Below, piece by piece: positions 30,380 to 40,776 of a stretch of DNA of 64,000 nt. Both the position numbers and the translations under genes were made by a program. The DNA is from Nitrospirota bacterium (GTDB taxonomy: Bacteria > Nitrospirota > UBA9217): positions 305,415 to 369,414 of the forward strand of contig CAWBNQ010000014.1 of NCBI GenBank assembly GCA_963790205.1. The letters run 5' to 3'. Below the pieces are notes generated by a model that saw only the letters and a list, made by a program, of their open reading frames with translations, was not told the origin of the DNA and did not search any database. Numbering within the stretch: position 1 is the first letter of the stretch; each line of letters begins with the position of its first letter.

Positions 30380-30871
30380 TCTGCGGGAGTTGGCTGTTGT
30401 CTTCATTAGTGGCTCCAGAGGAAACACTGTCCCACGCTGCTGGACGATCCCCACTGGTTCCGCTGGATACATTTTCGGTAATATACGGAAAATGCATCAG
30501 TTTACAAAACGATACTGTTTCCGAGAGACACAGGGCAGGCACGCAACAGCTCCCCGCCATATTAAAAAAAATGGCGCATGATGTTTCTTCGTAGCGGTGA
30601 TATCAGACACAAGAATGCAGATTGTTTGTCGAGACCGGAAGCAAGCAGTTGATCCATTAGGGTTTAAACGAATTCGGATTCGTCCTCTATCGTTATCACA
30701 CTTGCGCTGCACCTTCTCAAATGGCCAAGGGAACAAGATTTGCAGCTTATTTATTAACGCTTGTCCCAAGCATATTGTCGTTAGCACTAAAAGTTGCAGC
30801 AAAGTAAAAGAATCATCCGCCGGGGTTCATTACCCCCTGTGTATCCGTACCATAAATTCACGGAGGGCATC

Positions 30872-32701
30872 ATGTGTGGAATCGTGGGTTACATCGGTAA
30901 GGGCAGATCGCTTCAAATGCTCGTTGACGGACTGAAGAGGCTTGAATACCGGGGGTATGACTCTGCGGGCGTCGCCTTCCTGAACGGGAAAGGGCTGGAC
31001 GTCTACAAAACAAAAGGGAAACTATGGGACTTGCAGAAAATTCTGCCTGACCCGCTTCCCAGCGTACGAATCGGCTTGGGGCATACTCGCTGGGCCACGC
31101 ATGGCGTACCCTCGGCGGAAAATGCCCATCCGCACGCTGTCGACGGCATTGCCGTGGTCCACAACGGAATCATCGAAAATTATTGTGAACTGAGAGCCGA
31201 GCTCGAATCAGAGGGGCACACGTTTCTCTCGCAGACCGATACCGAAGTTATCCCTCACCTGATCGCTCGCTCTATCCACCAGGGGCTCCCCCTCATGTCG
31301 TCGATCAAGCAAGCGGTTCAGCGGTTAAAGGGATCCTATGCCCTAGGCATTTTGTGCGAGAAATGTCCCGACATGCTTATTGCGATCAGGAAGGGCAGTC
31401 CTCTCGTCCTCGGGATTGGGGATGGCGAATTTTTCTTTGCTTCCGATATTCCCGCGATCCTGCCTTATACAAAAAGCGTTATATTCATGGAGGATGGGCA
31501 ACTGTGCGCCCTGACGGCGGAGGGGATTGAGCTTCTCGATCATGCGTCGAGCATGGTTATTCCGGCCACAGATCGCATCGTTACTATCGATTGGACGCCT
31601 GCAATGGCCGAAAAGGGCGGACATGATCACTTCATGCACAAGGAAATCCATGAGCAGCCCCAGGCGATCATGAACACCATCGGTGAATGGATCGATGACC
31701 CGCCCAGTATCCTAAACAAGCTCGGTATATATGCCCACCGCAGAGCTGATCTCAGAAGGCTGCATTTGACAGCCTGTGGCACGTCCTATCACGCAGCGCT
31801 CGTCGGCAAATACATGATAGAGAAGCTTGCCCGAATTCCAGTGAGCGTCGACATCGCTTCTGAATACCGGTACCGGGAACCGATCATCGAATCCGGTACG
31901 CTCTTCATTTCCATAACGCAATCAGGCGAGACTGCCGATACCCTTGCTGCCCAGCGCGAGGCAAAGAAAAATGGCGCAACGACCCTCACCATCTGTAACG
32001 TAGTGGGCAGCACTTCGACACGCGAGGCCGACGCCGTGCTGTATACCCGGGGAGGCCCCGAGATCGGCGTTGCCTCGACCAAGGCCTTTACTGCTCAGAT
32101 GGCGGCCCTCTGTATTTTTGGCATTGCCATGGGAATAAACAAAAACCGGATCTCACAGGATGACGCACTACGACTCATCGCCGGACTAAAAGAAATTCCA
32201 GCGCTCGTGAAAGAAGCAGGCAGCAGGGACCAGGAAATCCAGAAACTTGCCCGTACTTTAATGCACGCAAGGACAGCTCTCTACCTCGGCAGAGGAATCC
32301 ACTATCCCATTGCTCTTGAAGGCGCTTTGAAACTGAAGGAGATATCTTATATTCATGCCGAAGGCTACGCCGCCGGTGAGATGAAACACGGCCCCATCGC
32401 GTTGATCGATAAAAGCGTACCGGTGATCGTCGTGGCCCCCCGGAACAGCTTGTTTGAAAAAACTCTTTCGAACATCGAAGAGGTGAAGGCACGGGGGGGG
32501 CGTGTGATTGCCGTGACCGATTCACCCGGATCTCTCATGAACAAGGCGGACGACATTATAGAAGTGCCGGTCAGCCACCCGCTGCTTGCTCCCCTTGTAA
32601 CCGTGATCCCCCTGCAGCTCCTTGCCTACCATGTAGGCGTGCTGAGGGCTTGCGATGTCGACCAGCCGAGGAACCTGGCAAAGAGCGTTACGGTCGAGTA
32701 A
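30872..32701 (+). CDS. glmS: Glutamine--fructose-6-phosphate transaminase
   Basis: MCGIVG, LEYRGYDSAG, GHTRWATHG, SQSGETADT-like, EIGVASTK, PRNLAKSVTVE. Confidence 0.97.
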   Translation: MCGIVGYIGKGRSLQMLVDGLKRLEYRGYDSAGVAFLNGKGLDVYKTKGKLWDLQKILPDPLPSVRIGLGHTRWATHGVPSAENAHPHAVDGIAVVHNGIIENYCELRAELESEGHTFLSQTDTEVIPHLIARSIHQGLPLMSSIKQAVQRLKGSYALGILCEKCPDMLIAIRKGSPLVLGIGDGEFFFASDIPAILPYTKSVIFMEDGQLCALTAEGIELLDHASSMVIPATDRIVTIDWTPAMAEKGGHDHFMHKEIHEQPQAIMNTIGEWIDDPPSILNKLGIYAHRRADLRRLHLTACGTSYHAALVGKYMIEKLARIPVSVDIASEYRYREPIIESGTLFISITQSGETADTLAAQREAKKNGATTLTICNVVGSTSTREADAVLYTRGGPEIGVASTKAFTAQMAALCIFGIAMGINKNRISQDDALRLIAGLKEIPALVKEAGSRDQEIQKLARTLMHARTALYLGRGIHYPIALEGALKLKEISYIHAEGYAAGEMKHGPIALIDKSVPVIVVAPRNSLFEKTLSNIEEVKARGGRVIAVTDSPGSLMNKADDIIEVPVSHPLLAPLVTVIPLQLLAYHVGVLRACDVDQPRNLAKSVTVE

Positions 32702-32726
32702 TCGTGACAGAGAAAGATGGGGACTT

Positions 32727-32924
32727 ATGCAAGGGATTTGGTTTATAAAGTGTCCACGTTGCGATAACTATATGAAGAAAACGGACCCGGAGGACTTATG
32801 CCTGTGTTGTGCATGTGGATGGGAAGAAAAGGCGGGCCCGGTTTACTGCGAGCATATCCGTAATTTCTGCGGACATTCCACTACCAATTATTATTACGAT
32901 ATCGAACTCGAACCAACGCCTTAG
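32727..32924 (+). CDS. Small Cys-rich zinc-ribbon-like protein
   Basis: 65 aa; CPRC..CCACG..C..C; directly downstream of glmS. Confidence 0.5.
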   Translation: MQGIWFIKCPRCDNYMKKTDPEDLCLCCACGWEEKAGPVYCEHIRNFCGHSTTNYYYDIELEPTP

Positions 32925-33423
32925 GACCTGTTCACCATCCAAAGAATTAAGGTTAAAGTAATCAGGTAGGCCAAAGCAATTCCATCAGTAATCGTTATTT
33001 TTCCCACTGACTAAGGAAATGACATGCCCGTTGTTAGGTACGCTGTCCTTAGTCCTTAATTGTGAAGGTGCCTGTAGTACATCGTCGGTATACTTTACAT
33101 AACTGATACTTCTGAAAAATGGTCATTACATGTCCTTTTATAATAAACACTGATGAAGTATCAAAAATAACAACTACCTGACCAAGCTGATAAAGGCTAT
33201 GGAGAAGCAAGTTTTTCGCATGGGTCAAAAAATTTTACAATGCTAAACCGCAAGTAAAAATATACCAATAAACTACCCCGCCGCAAGCGGCGGGGAATTC
33301 AACCCGGAGTGACGATTAAATCATATTGTTATAAAACGGGATGGTTGAAGAGCTAGCACGAATCAGAAAAGAAGCGGAATGACTCAGGATGTCCCTCCTT
33401 CCTTACTTTATCCTCACCGCGAT

Positions 33424-33468
33424 AATGACCGCCCTTTGCCGTGCATTGCAAAGGACGGTCATTTTTTT
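33424..33468 (+). terminator. Intrinsic terminator-like hairpin
   Basis: AATGACCGCCCTTTGC..GCAAAGGACGGTCATT followed by a T run. Confidence 0.7.
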
Positions 33469-34097
33469 AAGTGCCATAAAGGCCTGAAAAGAATACATCC
33501 AAGCTTGTGCCCCTCCTTATATCTTTTAATGAAGCTTCGATCGTAAACTATTCTGCTGTTGAAAACTTGCCTAGACAATTATGGAGCTATGATCGTCTTT
33601 TCTTCATAAATCCAGTTAAATTTGCAGATAATCATTGTGCGGTTCCACCCAAAATGGTCTGGCAACAATGTCGGCTACCCAAGCGCTTCCTGACCAAGCT
33701 CTATCGTTTCCCTTCTGTTCAGTGAACGCTTCCGCGCGGAGCATCTCTGTATTTTTAAACTTCCCAATGACCAGCTTAGCGGGTGACTCACTTTTCTATG
33801 GCCACCCACAATATCTTGTCTGCTTTATGCTATACTGATTCTAACTAACTTACATTGTCGGACGATGCTATTTATATATATTTTTTGCAACTTTTAGCAT
33901 CCCCATAAAATACCCGACGCGGGGTATTGTCTATTGCTACCCAGAATTCTAATATATTACTTAATTATGAACGAACCTTCTTTTCCCACAGATAACAAAT
34001 TATGCCTAATCTCATGGTGTGGAAAAATTTCCCAGTTTGCAGGCAAGGCTCCCGAGTCGGCACTCGGGAAACTTCAAATACTAACATATTACTTATT

Positions 34098-35114
34098 ATG
34101 AATGAACTTTCTTTTACCACAGATAAAAAATTATACATAATCTCATGGTGTGGAGAAATTGCCCAGTTTACAGGCAAGACTCCCGTATTGGCCCTCGGGA
34201 ACAAATATTATGACGTGCTGCCTCCGATATTTTTCGAGGGGAAGGAAGCTCTTGTGCAGGCTGTTAAAAGAAAGAAGGCAATATCGATCAAGGGTCATCG
34301 AATTCCCTGTTTGTTTTCGCATATAAATGCAGATATCGAAATCTATCCCAGAAAATCGTCTAACGGTGATGTTAAACAGGTCGATGTTACTTTAAACGTC
34401 TCCTCTGCCTGCTCAGTCGTACATCAGCTCAATCAGTCACAGCAATTTATCAATATCGGTAAAACGGCATCTACATTGGCTCATGGCGTCAGAAATCCCT
34501 TGAATGCCATTAAGGGTGCCGTCGTCTACCTCAGCGAAAAATATAGCCATGAAGAACCACTTGTTGAATTTACGAAGATCATGCAGGAGGAGATCTCACG
34601 GCTCGAAAGCTTTATAACGAAATTCCTCAGCGCATCAATCGCAGATATGGAGGTATCTGCCACCAATATCAATTCGGTGCTGAAAAAAATACAGGTTTTT
34701 ACATCTCTCCAGATGCATACCCGCAACATTCAGGCAGACTTTGATCTGGGGGAAACAATGCCGATCATGATAAACGCTTTTCACCTTGAGCAGATCATTC
34801 TGAATGTAATCAATAATGCAATAGATGCCATGAAATACGGCGGCCGGCTGAAGGTAAGAACATTCAACGAAACCAAGTCTGTAGATCAGTATGTCGTCAT
34901 CGAGATATCGGATACAGGGCCAGGGATGGCAGACAGGAAGATCAACGGACTCGCTCCGAGATCCGGCGACGCAGGAAGGGGGTTCGGCTTGCTGATTACC
35001 TACGAAATACTTAAATATTACCGGGGACATATCAAAATAGACAGTAAAAAGGATACGGGGACGACGGTACGGCTATATATCCCCTGCCGCGATGCTAAGG
35101 AGAAACAACTATGA
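34098..35114 (+). CDS. Cytoplasmic sensor histidine kinase (PAS-like/HisKA/HATPase)
   Basis: LAHGVRNPL H-box, NVINNAIDA, ISDTGPGM, GRGFGL. Confidence 0.9.
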   Translation: MNELSFTTDKKLYIISWCGEIAQFTGKTPVLALGNKYYDVLPPIFFEGKEALVQAVKRKKAISIKGHRIPCLFSHINADIEIYPRKSSNGDVKQVDVTLNVSSACSVVHQLNQSQQFINIGKTASTLAHGVRNPLNAIKGAVVYLSEKYSHEEPLVEFTKIMQEEISRLESFITKFLSASIADMEVSATNINSVLKKIQVFTSLQMHTRNIQADFDLGETMPIMINAFHLEQIILNVINNAIDAMKYGGRLKVRTFNETKSVDQYVVIEISDTGPGMADRKINGLAPRSGDAGRGFGLLITYEILKYYRGHIKIDSKKDTGTTVRLYIPCRDAKEKQL

Positions 35115-36529
35115 GAAACTGCGAAAAGGTGCTGAGCGTGGGCGACGGTACGGCTATATATCCTCTGCCGCGGCGCGAAGGAGAGACAACTGCGAGGAAC
35201 TGTGGAAAAGTTCTGATCGTGGACGATGAAGCTAATGCCCTGATGGTCCTCTCGGCCATCCTTCGCGAGGTCGGGTACCACGTGATCGAGTCCCTGAACG
35301 TTGATAAAGCCGTCGGAATTATTCATCGAGAAGATGTAGACGCGATCATTACCGACTTGAAAATGCCGGCCAAGGATGGGTATCAGCTCTTCGATTATGT
35401 CACGCAACATCACCCCGACATCCCGGTCATGTTCCTTACCGCATACGGAACGGTGGAGTCGGCAGTAACCGCCATGTCGAACGGAGCTTATTTTTACTTT
35501 ATCAAACCCCCCGATTATCATAAATTGAAAAGCACTCTTGCACAGGCCATCGATGAATACGGTTTGAAAAAGAAATTGAAGAGCAGTCAACACATGGTCT
35601 CTTCCGGGTATCCATCCTGCGGCATACTGGGCCACGCCTCTGCCATGAGCAACATAGTCAAAACAATCAACTCTGTAAAAGACAGCGAAAGCAGCGTTCT
35701 AATCCAGGGCGAAACCGGAACGGGCAAGGAAGTCATCGCCCGGAACCTCCACTACCGTAGCGCACGGCATGACAAACCCTTTATCCCCGTCAATTGTGCT
35801 GCGATTCCGCGGGAACTCATCGAATCGGAACTCTTCGGATACGAAAAAGGGGCGTTTACCGGAGCAGTGACTGCACGGATTGGAAAATTTGAGGAGGCGG
35901 CGAACGGCACTATTTTCCTTGATGAAATCGGAGAACTTGAGCCTGCGGTACAATCAAAGCTTCTCAGGGGATTGCAGGAACGGGAAATAGAACGGCTGGG
36001 GAGTAACAAAAAGACCAAGGTTAATTTCCGGCTTATTTCATCGACGAACCGCGATCTCACGAAGGAAGTTGCGACAGGCAACTTCCGGGAAGATCTTTTC
36101 TACCGGATTAACGTGATCCAGATAGACGTACCGCCCCTGAGGGAACGGCAGGAGGACATCCCCCTGCTGGTGTCGGAATTCGTCAACGAATTCTGTCTGA
36201 GGGAAAAAAAGGTACTGACCTTCTCAGAGGAAGTGATGGATATCTTCATGACTTACCCGTGGCCTGGTAATATCAGGCAGCTGAGGAATGTGATCGAACG
36301 GGCTATCGTCCTCACCAAAGGAAGAACTATTTCTAAGAACGACCTCCCCCTTGAGCTTCTTTCCCACCGGAGGACGACGGCAGCAGTCACCGCGATAAAG
36401 CCCCTGAAGCAGCTCGAACTCCAGGCGATCAACCACGCACTTCTGGAATGCAGCGGAAACAAATCAGAGGCCGCAAAAAAACTCGGCATATCAAGGAAAA
36501 CATTTTACAAAAGACTTAAAGAGGTGTAG
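35111..36529 (+). CDS. Sigma54-dependent response regulator (NtrC family)
   Basis: LIVDDE, TDLKMP, GETGTGKE, GAFTGA, WPGNIRQL, Fis-type HTH. Confidence 0.95.
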   Translation: MRNCEKVLSVGDGTAIYPLPRREGETTARNCGKVLIVDDEANALMVLSAILREVGYHVIESLNVDKAVGIIHREDVDAIITDLKMPAKDGYQLFDYVTQHHPDIPVMFLTAYGTVESAVTAMSNGAYFYFIKPPDYHKLKSTLAQAIDEYGLKKKLKSSQHMVSSGYPSCGILGHASAMSNIVKTINSVKDSESSVLIQGETGTGKEVIARNLHYRSARHDKPFIPVNCAAIPRELIESELFGYEKGAFTGAVTARIGKFEEAANGTIFLDEIGELEPAVQSKLLRGLQEREIERLGSNKKTKVNFRLISSTNRDLTKEVATGNFREDLFYRINVIQIDVPPLRERQEDIPLLVSEFVNEFCLREKKVLTFSEEVMDIFMTYPWPGNIRQLRNVIERAIVLTKGRTISKNDLPLELLSHRRTTAAVTAIKPLKQLELQAINHALLECSGNKSEAAKKLGISRKTFYKRLKEV

Positions 36530-36625
36530 CCGTACTCGGCAAAATATGAGACGCCAAAGCGGATATCAGACGGCTGATTGTCGCAGAACAGGCATGATTG
36601 GCTCGTCTCATGAAACGGGGACAGA

Positions 36626-38440
36626 ATGGACAGGTTAAATCTTTTCAAGGCCAAATTCTCCATCCTCCAGCGCATCTCCATGGCCGTGGTTGAATTCCAT
36701 GATTTTCGCTCCATCGCAAACATCATGCTTGACCTGGCCATCGATTACACCGACGCCGAAACAGGCTCCCTTATGTTGCTCAACGACCAGAATCATCTCT
36801 ACATCCTCACTGCGCGGGGGTTAGATCCAGTATTTATCAGGGAATACAACGCCAAGATCGGCGAAGGGATTGCAGGAACCGTGGCCCTGAACCGCCATCC
36901 CGTGCTGGTCGAGAATATTGAGAAAGACACGAGATTTCCGGTTGACAAGCGAGATCACTATAAAACCAGGTCATTCGTTTCCTGTCCCATCATGAATAAA
37001 ACAAAAATCCTCGGCGTCCTCAATATCAACGACAAGAGGGATGGCACCCCTTTCACAACGGATGAATTCGATCTATTAAAAAGCATTGCCAACCATGCGG
37101 CTATTGCGCTCGAGAACGTTCTCCTGTTGAACCAACTGGAAGCAAAAGCTGTAGAACTCGAAAAAATAAACCGAAAACTCATTGAATCCTATTTAGTGAA
37201 AAATGAATTTCTCACGCGAATCTCTCATGAGCTCCGGACCCCCTTGAATTCTGTCAAGGGTGCGATCTATTGCCTGCAACAGCATGACGCTATAACGAAA
37301 AATGATCGCAAAGAGTTTCAGAACATTATTACCGCAGAAACGGACAAGCTCATCACGCTTGTAGAAAATCTCCTCAACTTCCTCAGATTCGAGGAGGAGT
37401 CTAGAATACTGGAAAAAACCATTCTGAATATCGGTGATCTTCTTAAAGAATTAGTGGAAGCCAAATCAGTCAAGAGCGCGTTGATGCAAAAGGGCATTGA
37501 ATTAAAGGTCGGCGTCTCAGATGACCTGCCAGATATTATCGGAGATAAAAGCAGAATCACGCAGCTTTTTATGAACTTGATCGATGGACTCTGTTTTTAT
37601 CTTGAACAGGGCGATACGATCGAGATTACCGCTCAGAACCAAAATTTTGTTTCTGTTGTCATTGCTCTTCCTCGGAAGCTGCCGAAAAATGTCATCCCAT
37701 CGCGCAACAACCTGAAACAAGTTTTCCGATTGGAGAACCAGGAACAGCGGCTCAAGCTCTACCTTGCCTGGAACATTATTGAGGTCCACCGTTGGGGCAT
37801 TATCGCCGAGAATACTGGGAATGCCTGCCAGATCACGCTCACCATACCAAAGAGCTCAAATGAAAAGCTTAATACGCTCATAGATATCAGCATGGACTCC
37901 TTTGCTGAGTTTATCTCGGAGCGCCTCAACATAGATATCTGCTCTATCATGCTGAGCGATGATCTTACGAATGAACTGACCGTCAGAGCGTCGCGGGGGC
38001 TGGAAGATGAAATTGTCAAGCGGACAAGCATAAAAATGGGCGACAAGATAGCCGGCTGGGTTGCGCTGGAGGGTAAGCCGCTGTTCATAGAAAACATAGA
38101 GAGCGATCCTCGCTTTGCAAAGAAAAGCATACCTCAATACACTACAAAGTCCCTCATGTCCTTCCCCTTAAAGATCGGAGGCCGGGTTATCGGTGTGATG
38201 AATCTGAATAACAAAAAGACCCCCGGCCCTTTTACAGTGAAAGACTACGCGGTCGCCGAGTCGATCAGCGAAAAAATTTCACAATTTATGGAAAGTCTTT
38301 ACACCGGCAGTTACCAGGAAGAGGAATTTCAAAAATTGATGAAATCGCTCTACAAACTACAGCCACCGTTACAGCGCGTTTCGGGGGAACGGGAGAGCTT
38401 ATTATCAAACACCGGCGAGGAAAGTGCGACCACTGATTAA
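36626..38440 (+). CDS. GAF-HisKA-degenerate HATPase-GAF protein
   Basis: Two GAF domains (GEGIAG..LN.NDK), SHELRTPL H-box; ATP-binding boxes eroded. Confidence 0.85.
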   Translation: MDRLNLFKAKFSILQRISMAVVEFHDFRSIANIMLDLAIDYTDAETGSLMLLNDQNHLYILTARGLDPVFIREYNAKIGEGIAGTVALNRHPVLVENIEKDTRFPVDKRDHYKTRSFVSCPIMNKTKILGVLNINDKRDGTPFTTDEFDLLKSIANHAAIALENVLLLNQLEAKAVELEKINRKLIESYLVKNEFLTRISHELRTPLNSVKGAIYCLQQHDAITKNDRKEFQNIITAETDKLITLVENLLNFLRFEEESRILEKTILNIGDLLKELVEAKSVKSALMQKGIELKVGVSDDLPDIIGDKSRITQLFMNLIDGLCFYLEQGDTIEITAQNQNFVSVVIALPRKLPKNVIPSRNNLKQVFRLENQEQRLKLYLAWNIIEVHRWGIIAENTGNACQITLTIPKSSNEKLNTLIDISMDSFAEFISERLNIDICSIMLSDDLTNELTVRASRGLEDEIVKRTSIKMGDKIAGWVALEGKPLFIENIESDPRFAKKSIPQYTTKSLMSFPLKIGGRVIGVMNLNNKKTPGPFTVKDYAVAESISEKISQFMESLYTGSYQEEEFQKLMKSLYKLQPPLQRVSGERESLLSNTGEESATTD

Positions 38441-38715
38441 CGAGGGACCGAGCATCTGTCTTAATTATTTTAGCCTGCTTGGAGTGAACGCTATGAATTG
38501 TACGTGATGATATCATGAAATGACGAAACAAGGTACTCTCAGCAGTGAATAACCGGAAGGAGCGATGAGGCGGAGGGCATGGGCGATACCTACAGAAGAT
38601 TATGCAGAAGAAAAGTCCATCTTCAAATATTATTACTATACTTCCTGCTAAAGGTCACTCCCTCCCACATCAGGGACCCGCGCATCTTTTGAAATCATAC
38701 CAGCAATAGTTCTCC

Positions 38716-40776
38716 TCATAGCACCTTGACCTTGTTCCTTCCTTCATGTTTTGCACAATACATCGCCTTGTCGACATTTTCCAGGAGTTGCTCTGCGGTC
38801 TCGCCGTGCTGCGGATAGGACACGATGCCGATACTCGCCGTAATAAAGCTTTCAGATTTCGCAATGCTGTTCTCTGTCGGCAACGCCTTTTTCATAATAT
38901 CATTGTTCAATCGTTCCGCAATCTTGATTGCCAGCGTCAATTCAGTTTCTGGGAGGATAACGATAAATTCGTCGCCGCCGAAGCGTGATACCACATCCAT
39001 CGTGCGGACTGATTTCATGATTACGTCCGCCACGTGTTTCAAGATTCTGTCACCCGTCAGATGACCGTATGTATCATTATAGAATTTGAACCCGTCAAGA
39101 TCCATCATAAGAAGGCACATGTTTCGCTCGTGCCGTTTGGATCGTGCCAATTCCTCCTCCAGTCTGTCCTGAAGATATCTCCGGTTGAGAAGGCCCGTGA
39201 GCGGATCGGTAATGGAAAGTCGCTTAAGCTCTTCAGTTTGATTATACAGCGACATCCGGTCCAGGATAATGGCTGCATGTGTGGCAAACGTCTGTATGAG
39301 CTTCAAGTCTTCATCGTCGAAGACTTCGCCTGTCGTTTTGTCCGATAAATTGAGTACGCCGATAATGCGTTCTTCTATTTTGAGAGGAACACTTACAAAT
39401 GATGGTGTTTTATAGTGCTGCCTGTTTTTCTGCTTAAATCGAGGGTCCTTTTCGAGATTTTTCACGAGGAAGGACTCGCCAAGCACTGCTACTTTTCCAG
39501 CTATTCCTTCGCCCTTGGGTATGGCGAGCTTCTCGGGGACGGTGTCCCCTATTCCTTTTTTCACCTCGACGAGCAGTGCCTCCGTCGCTTGGTCGACGAG
39601 CATCAATGACCCCTGTTCCGCCATCAGCAACTCGGCGGATTTGTCGAGAATTGCCTGCAGGAGGGCCTTATACTCAAGATGATTCTCAATGGTTCCCGGT
39701 AGTGCGTAAGCTGCGTCGAGCTGCTTAACTTTCTGGCCCAAATCGTAGTGTAATCGCTGATTCTCTACCAAGAGGGCAGCATGTTTGCATAATGCGGAGA
39801 TAATATTTATATCAGCTTCCTTAAGCGTCCGGTCAGATATGGCCAAGATGGCCTCTAATGAGCTGTTGACGGTGACAGGAAAGAAGTACCACGCCCTCGG
39901 CTCTGGCGTTGAATTGTCGTGACGATCAGTACGAGGCACTTTAAACAAGACGTATTGCTTGCCGCCCAGGAGGTCCTTAACGATGATGTCATTCTCACTG
40001 ATGCTTTGAACCAGGGCCTTCCCGGCACGGTACTTCAAGCTGTAAATACCCGTATATTTTCCTTGCTTTTTGTCCAAGGTAAGTACGGTGATGCAAGAGA
40101 TATCGAGCACGGCAAATAGTTTGTCTGTAATGAACCGAAACAACATGCTGGGTTCGTCATCTGTAAAAGTACTCCGCTGACCGAAGACATCCATCACGAT
40201 TTCTATCTTCTTCCTCAGGGAAACATTGTCCTGTATGTATTTCAACAGCCGATTTACCGAGTCGGTAACAAAATTGCATGTCTGCCATGCCTGTCTTTTA
40301 TTGACAAAGGTCTGCGGCACTGTTATGGTCGTCATATGATTTTCTCGTGAGCGCATAATGTTCACGTAATCACGATAATCCTTATACGAAGAAAATGCTC
40401 CATGCCCCAGGATCACCGCTTTTTCGTTCATATATTCAATGGGAGCGACAAAATTTATCATTTTTGCAGAACACGTAAATATCTTGGGGATCATCTTCAT
40501 CGTCGCGCTCATTATCGCAGAACAACAGTTCGTTTCTCCCAAGGTCCCACATTCAGAGGGCACCGCATGAAGTTCGTTGCATGGGGAAAAGGGGCTACTG
40601 GGAACAGCTAGCAGACCGTCTGTAGGGAAATACACGCTCAGCCGAAAGCCGATCGTATCAGCAAGGGCGGCGAGGTGGTCTTTCAACTGTTCAGACACTA
40701 ATATCTCCTGAAAAGGGGTCCCACCGGTCTCTTTTTCCGGAGCCCTGAAGGGACATACATGGTTTTCATTCAACAT
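38716..40776 (-). CDS. Diguanylate cyclase with PocR-like and GAF sensor domains
   Basis: TDPLTGLLNRR, DLDGFK, RTMD I-site, RFGGDEF; Cys-containing PocR-like N-terminus. Confidence 0.92.
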   Translation of the reverse strand: MLNENHVCPFRAPEKETGGTPFQEILVSEQLKDHLAALADTIGFRLSVYFPTDGLLAVPSSPFSPCNELHAVPSECGTLGETNCCSAIMSATMKMIPKIFTCSAKMINFVAPIEYMNEKAVILGHGAFSSYKDYRDYVNIMRSRENHMTTITVPQTFVNKRQAWQTCNFVTDSVNRLLKYIQDNVSLRKKIEIVMDVFGQRSTFTDDEPSMLFRFITDKLFAVLDISCITVLTLDKKQGKYTGIYSLKYRAGKALVQSISENDIIVKDLLGGKQYVLFKVPRTDRHDNSTPEPRAWYFFPVTVNSSLEAILAISDRTLKEADINIISALCKHAALLVENQRLHYDLGQKVKQLDAAYALPGTIENHLEYKALLQAILDKSAELLMAEQGSLMLVDQATEALLVEVKKGIGDTVPEKLAIPKGEGIAGKVAVLGESFLVKNLEKDPRFKQKNRQHYKTPSFVSVPLKIEERIIGVLNLSDKTTGEVFDDEDLKLIQTFATHAAIILDRMSLYNQTEELKRLSITDPLTGLLNRRYLQDRLEEELARSKRHERNMCLLMMDLDGFKFYNDTYGHLTGDRILKHVADVIMKSVRTMDVVSRFGGDEFIVILPETELTLAIKIAERLNNDIMKKALPTENSIAKSESFITASIGIVSYPQHGETAEQLLENVDKAMYCAKHEGRNKVKVL

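Noticed and set aside
30600..30871. glmS ribozyme or sigma54 promoter upstream of glmS
   Set aside because: No recognisable ribozyme core; TTAGCACTAAAAGTTGCA lacks GG and has the wrong spacing
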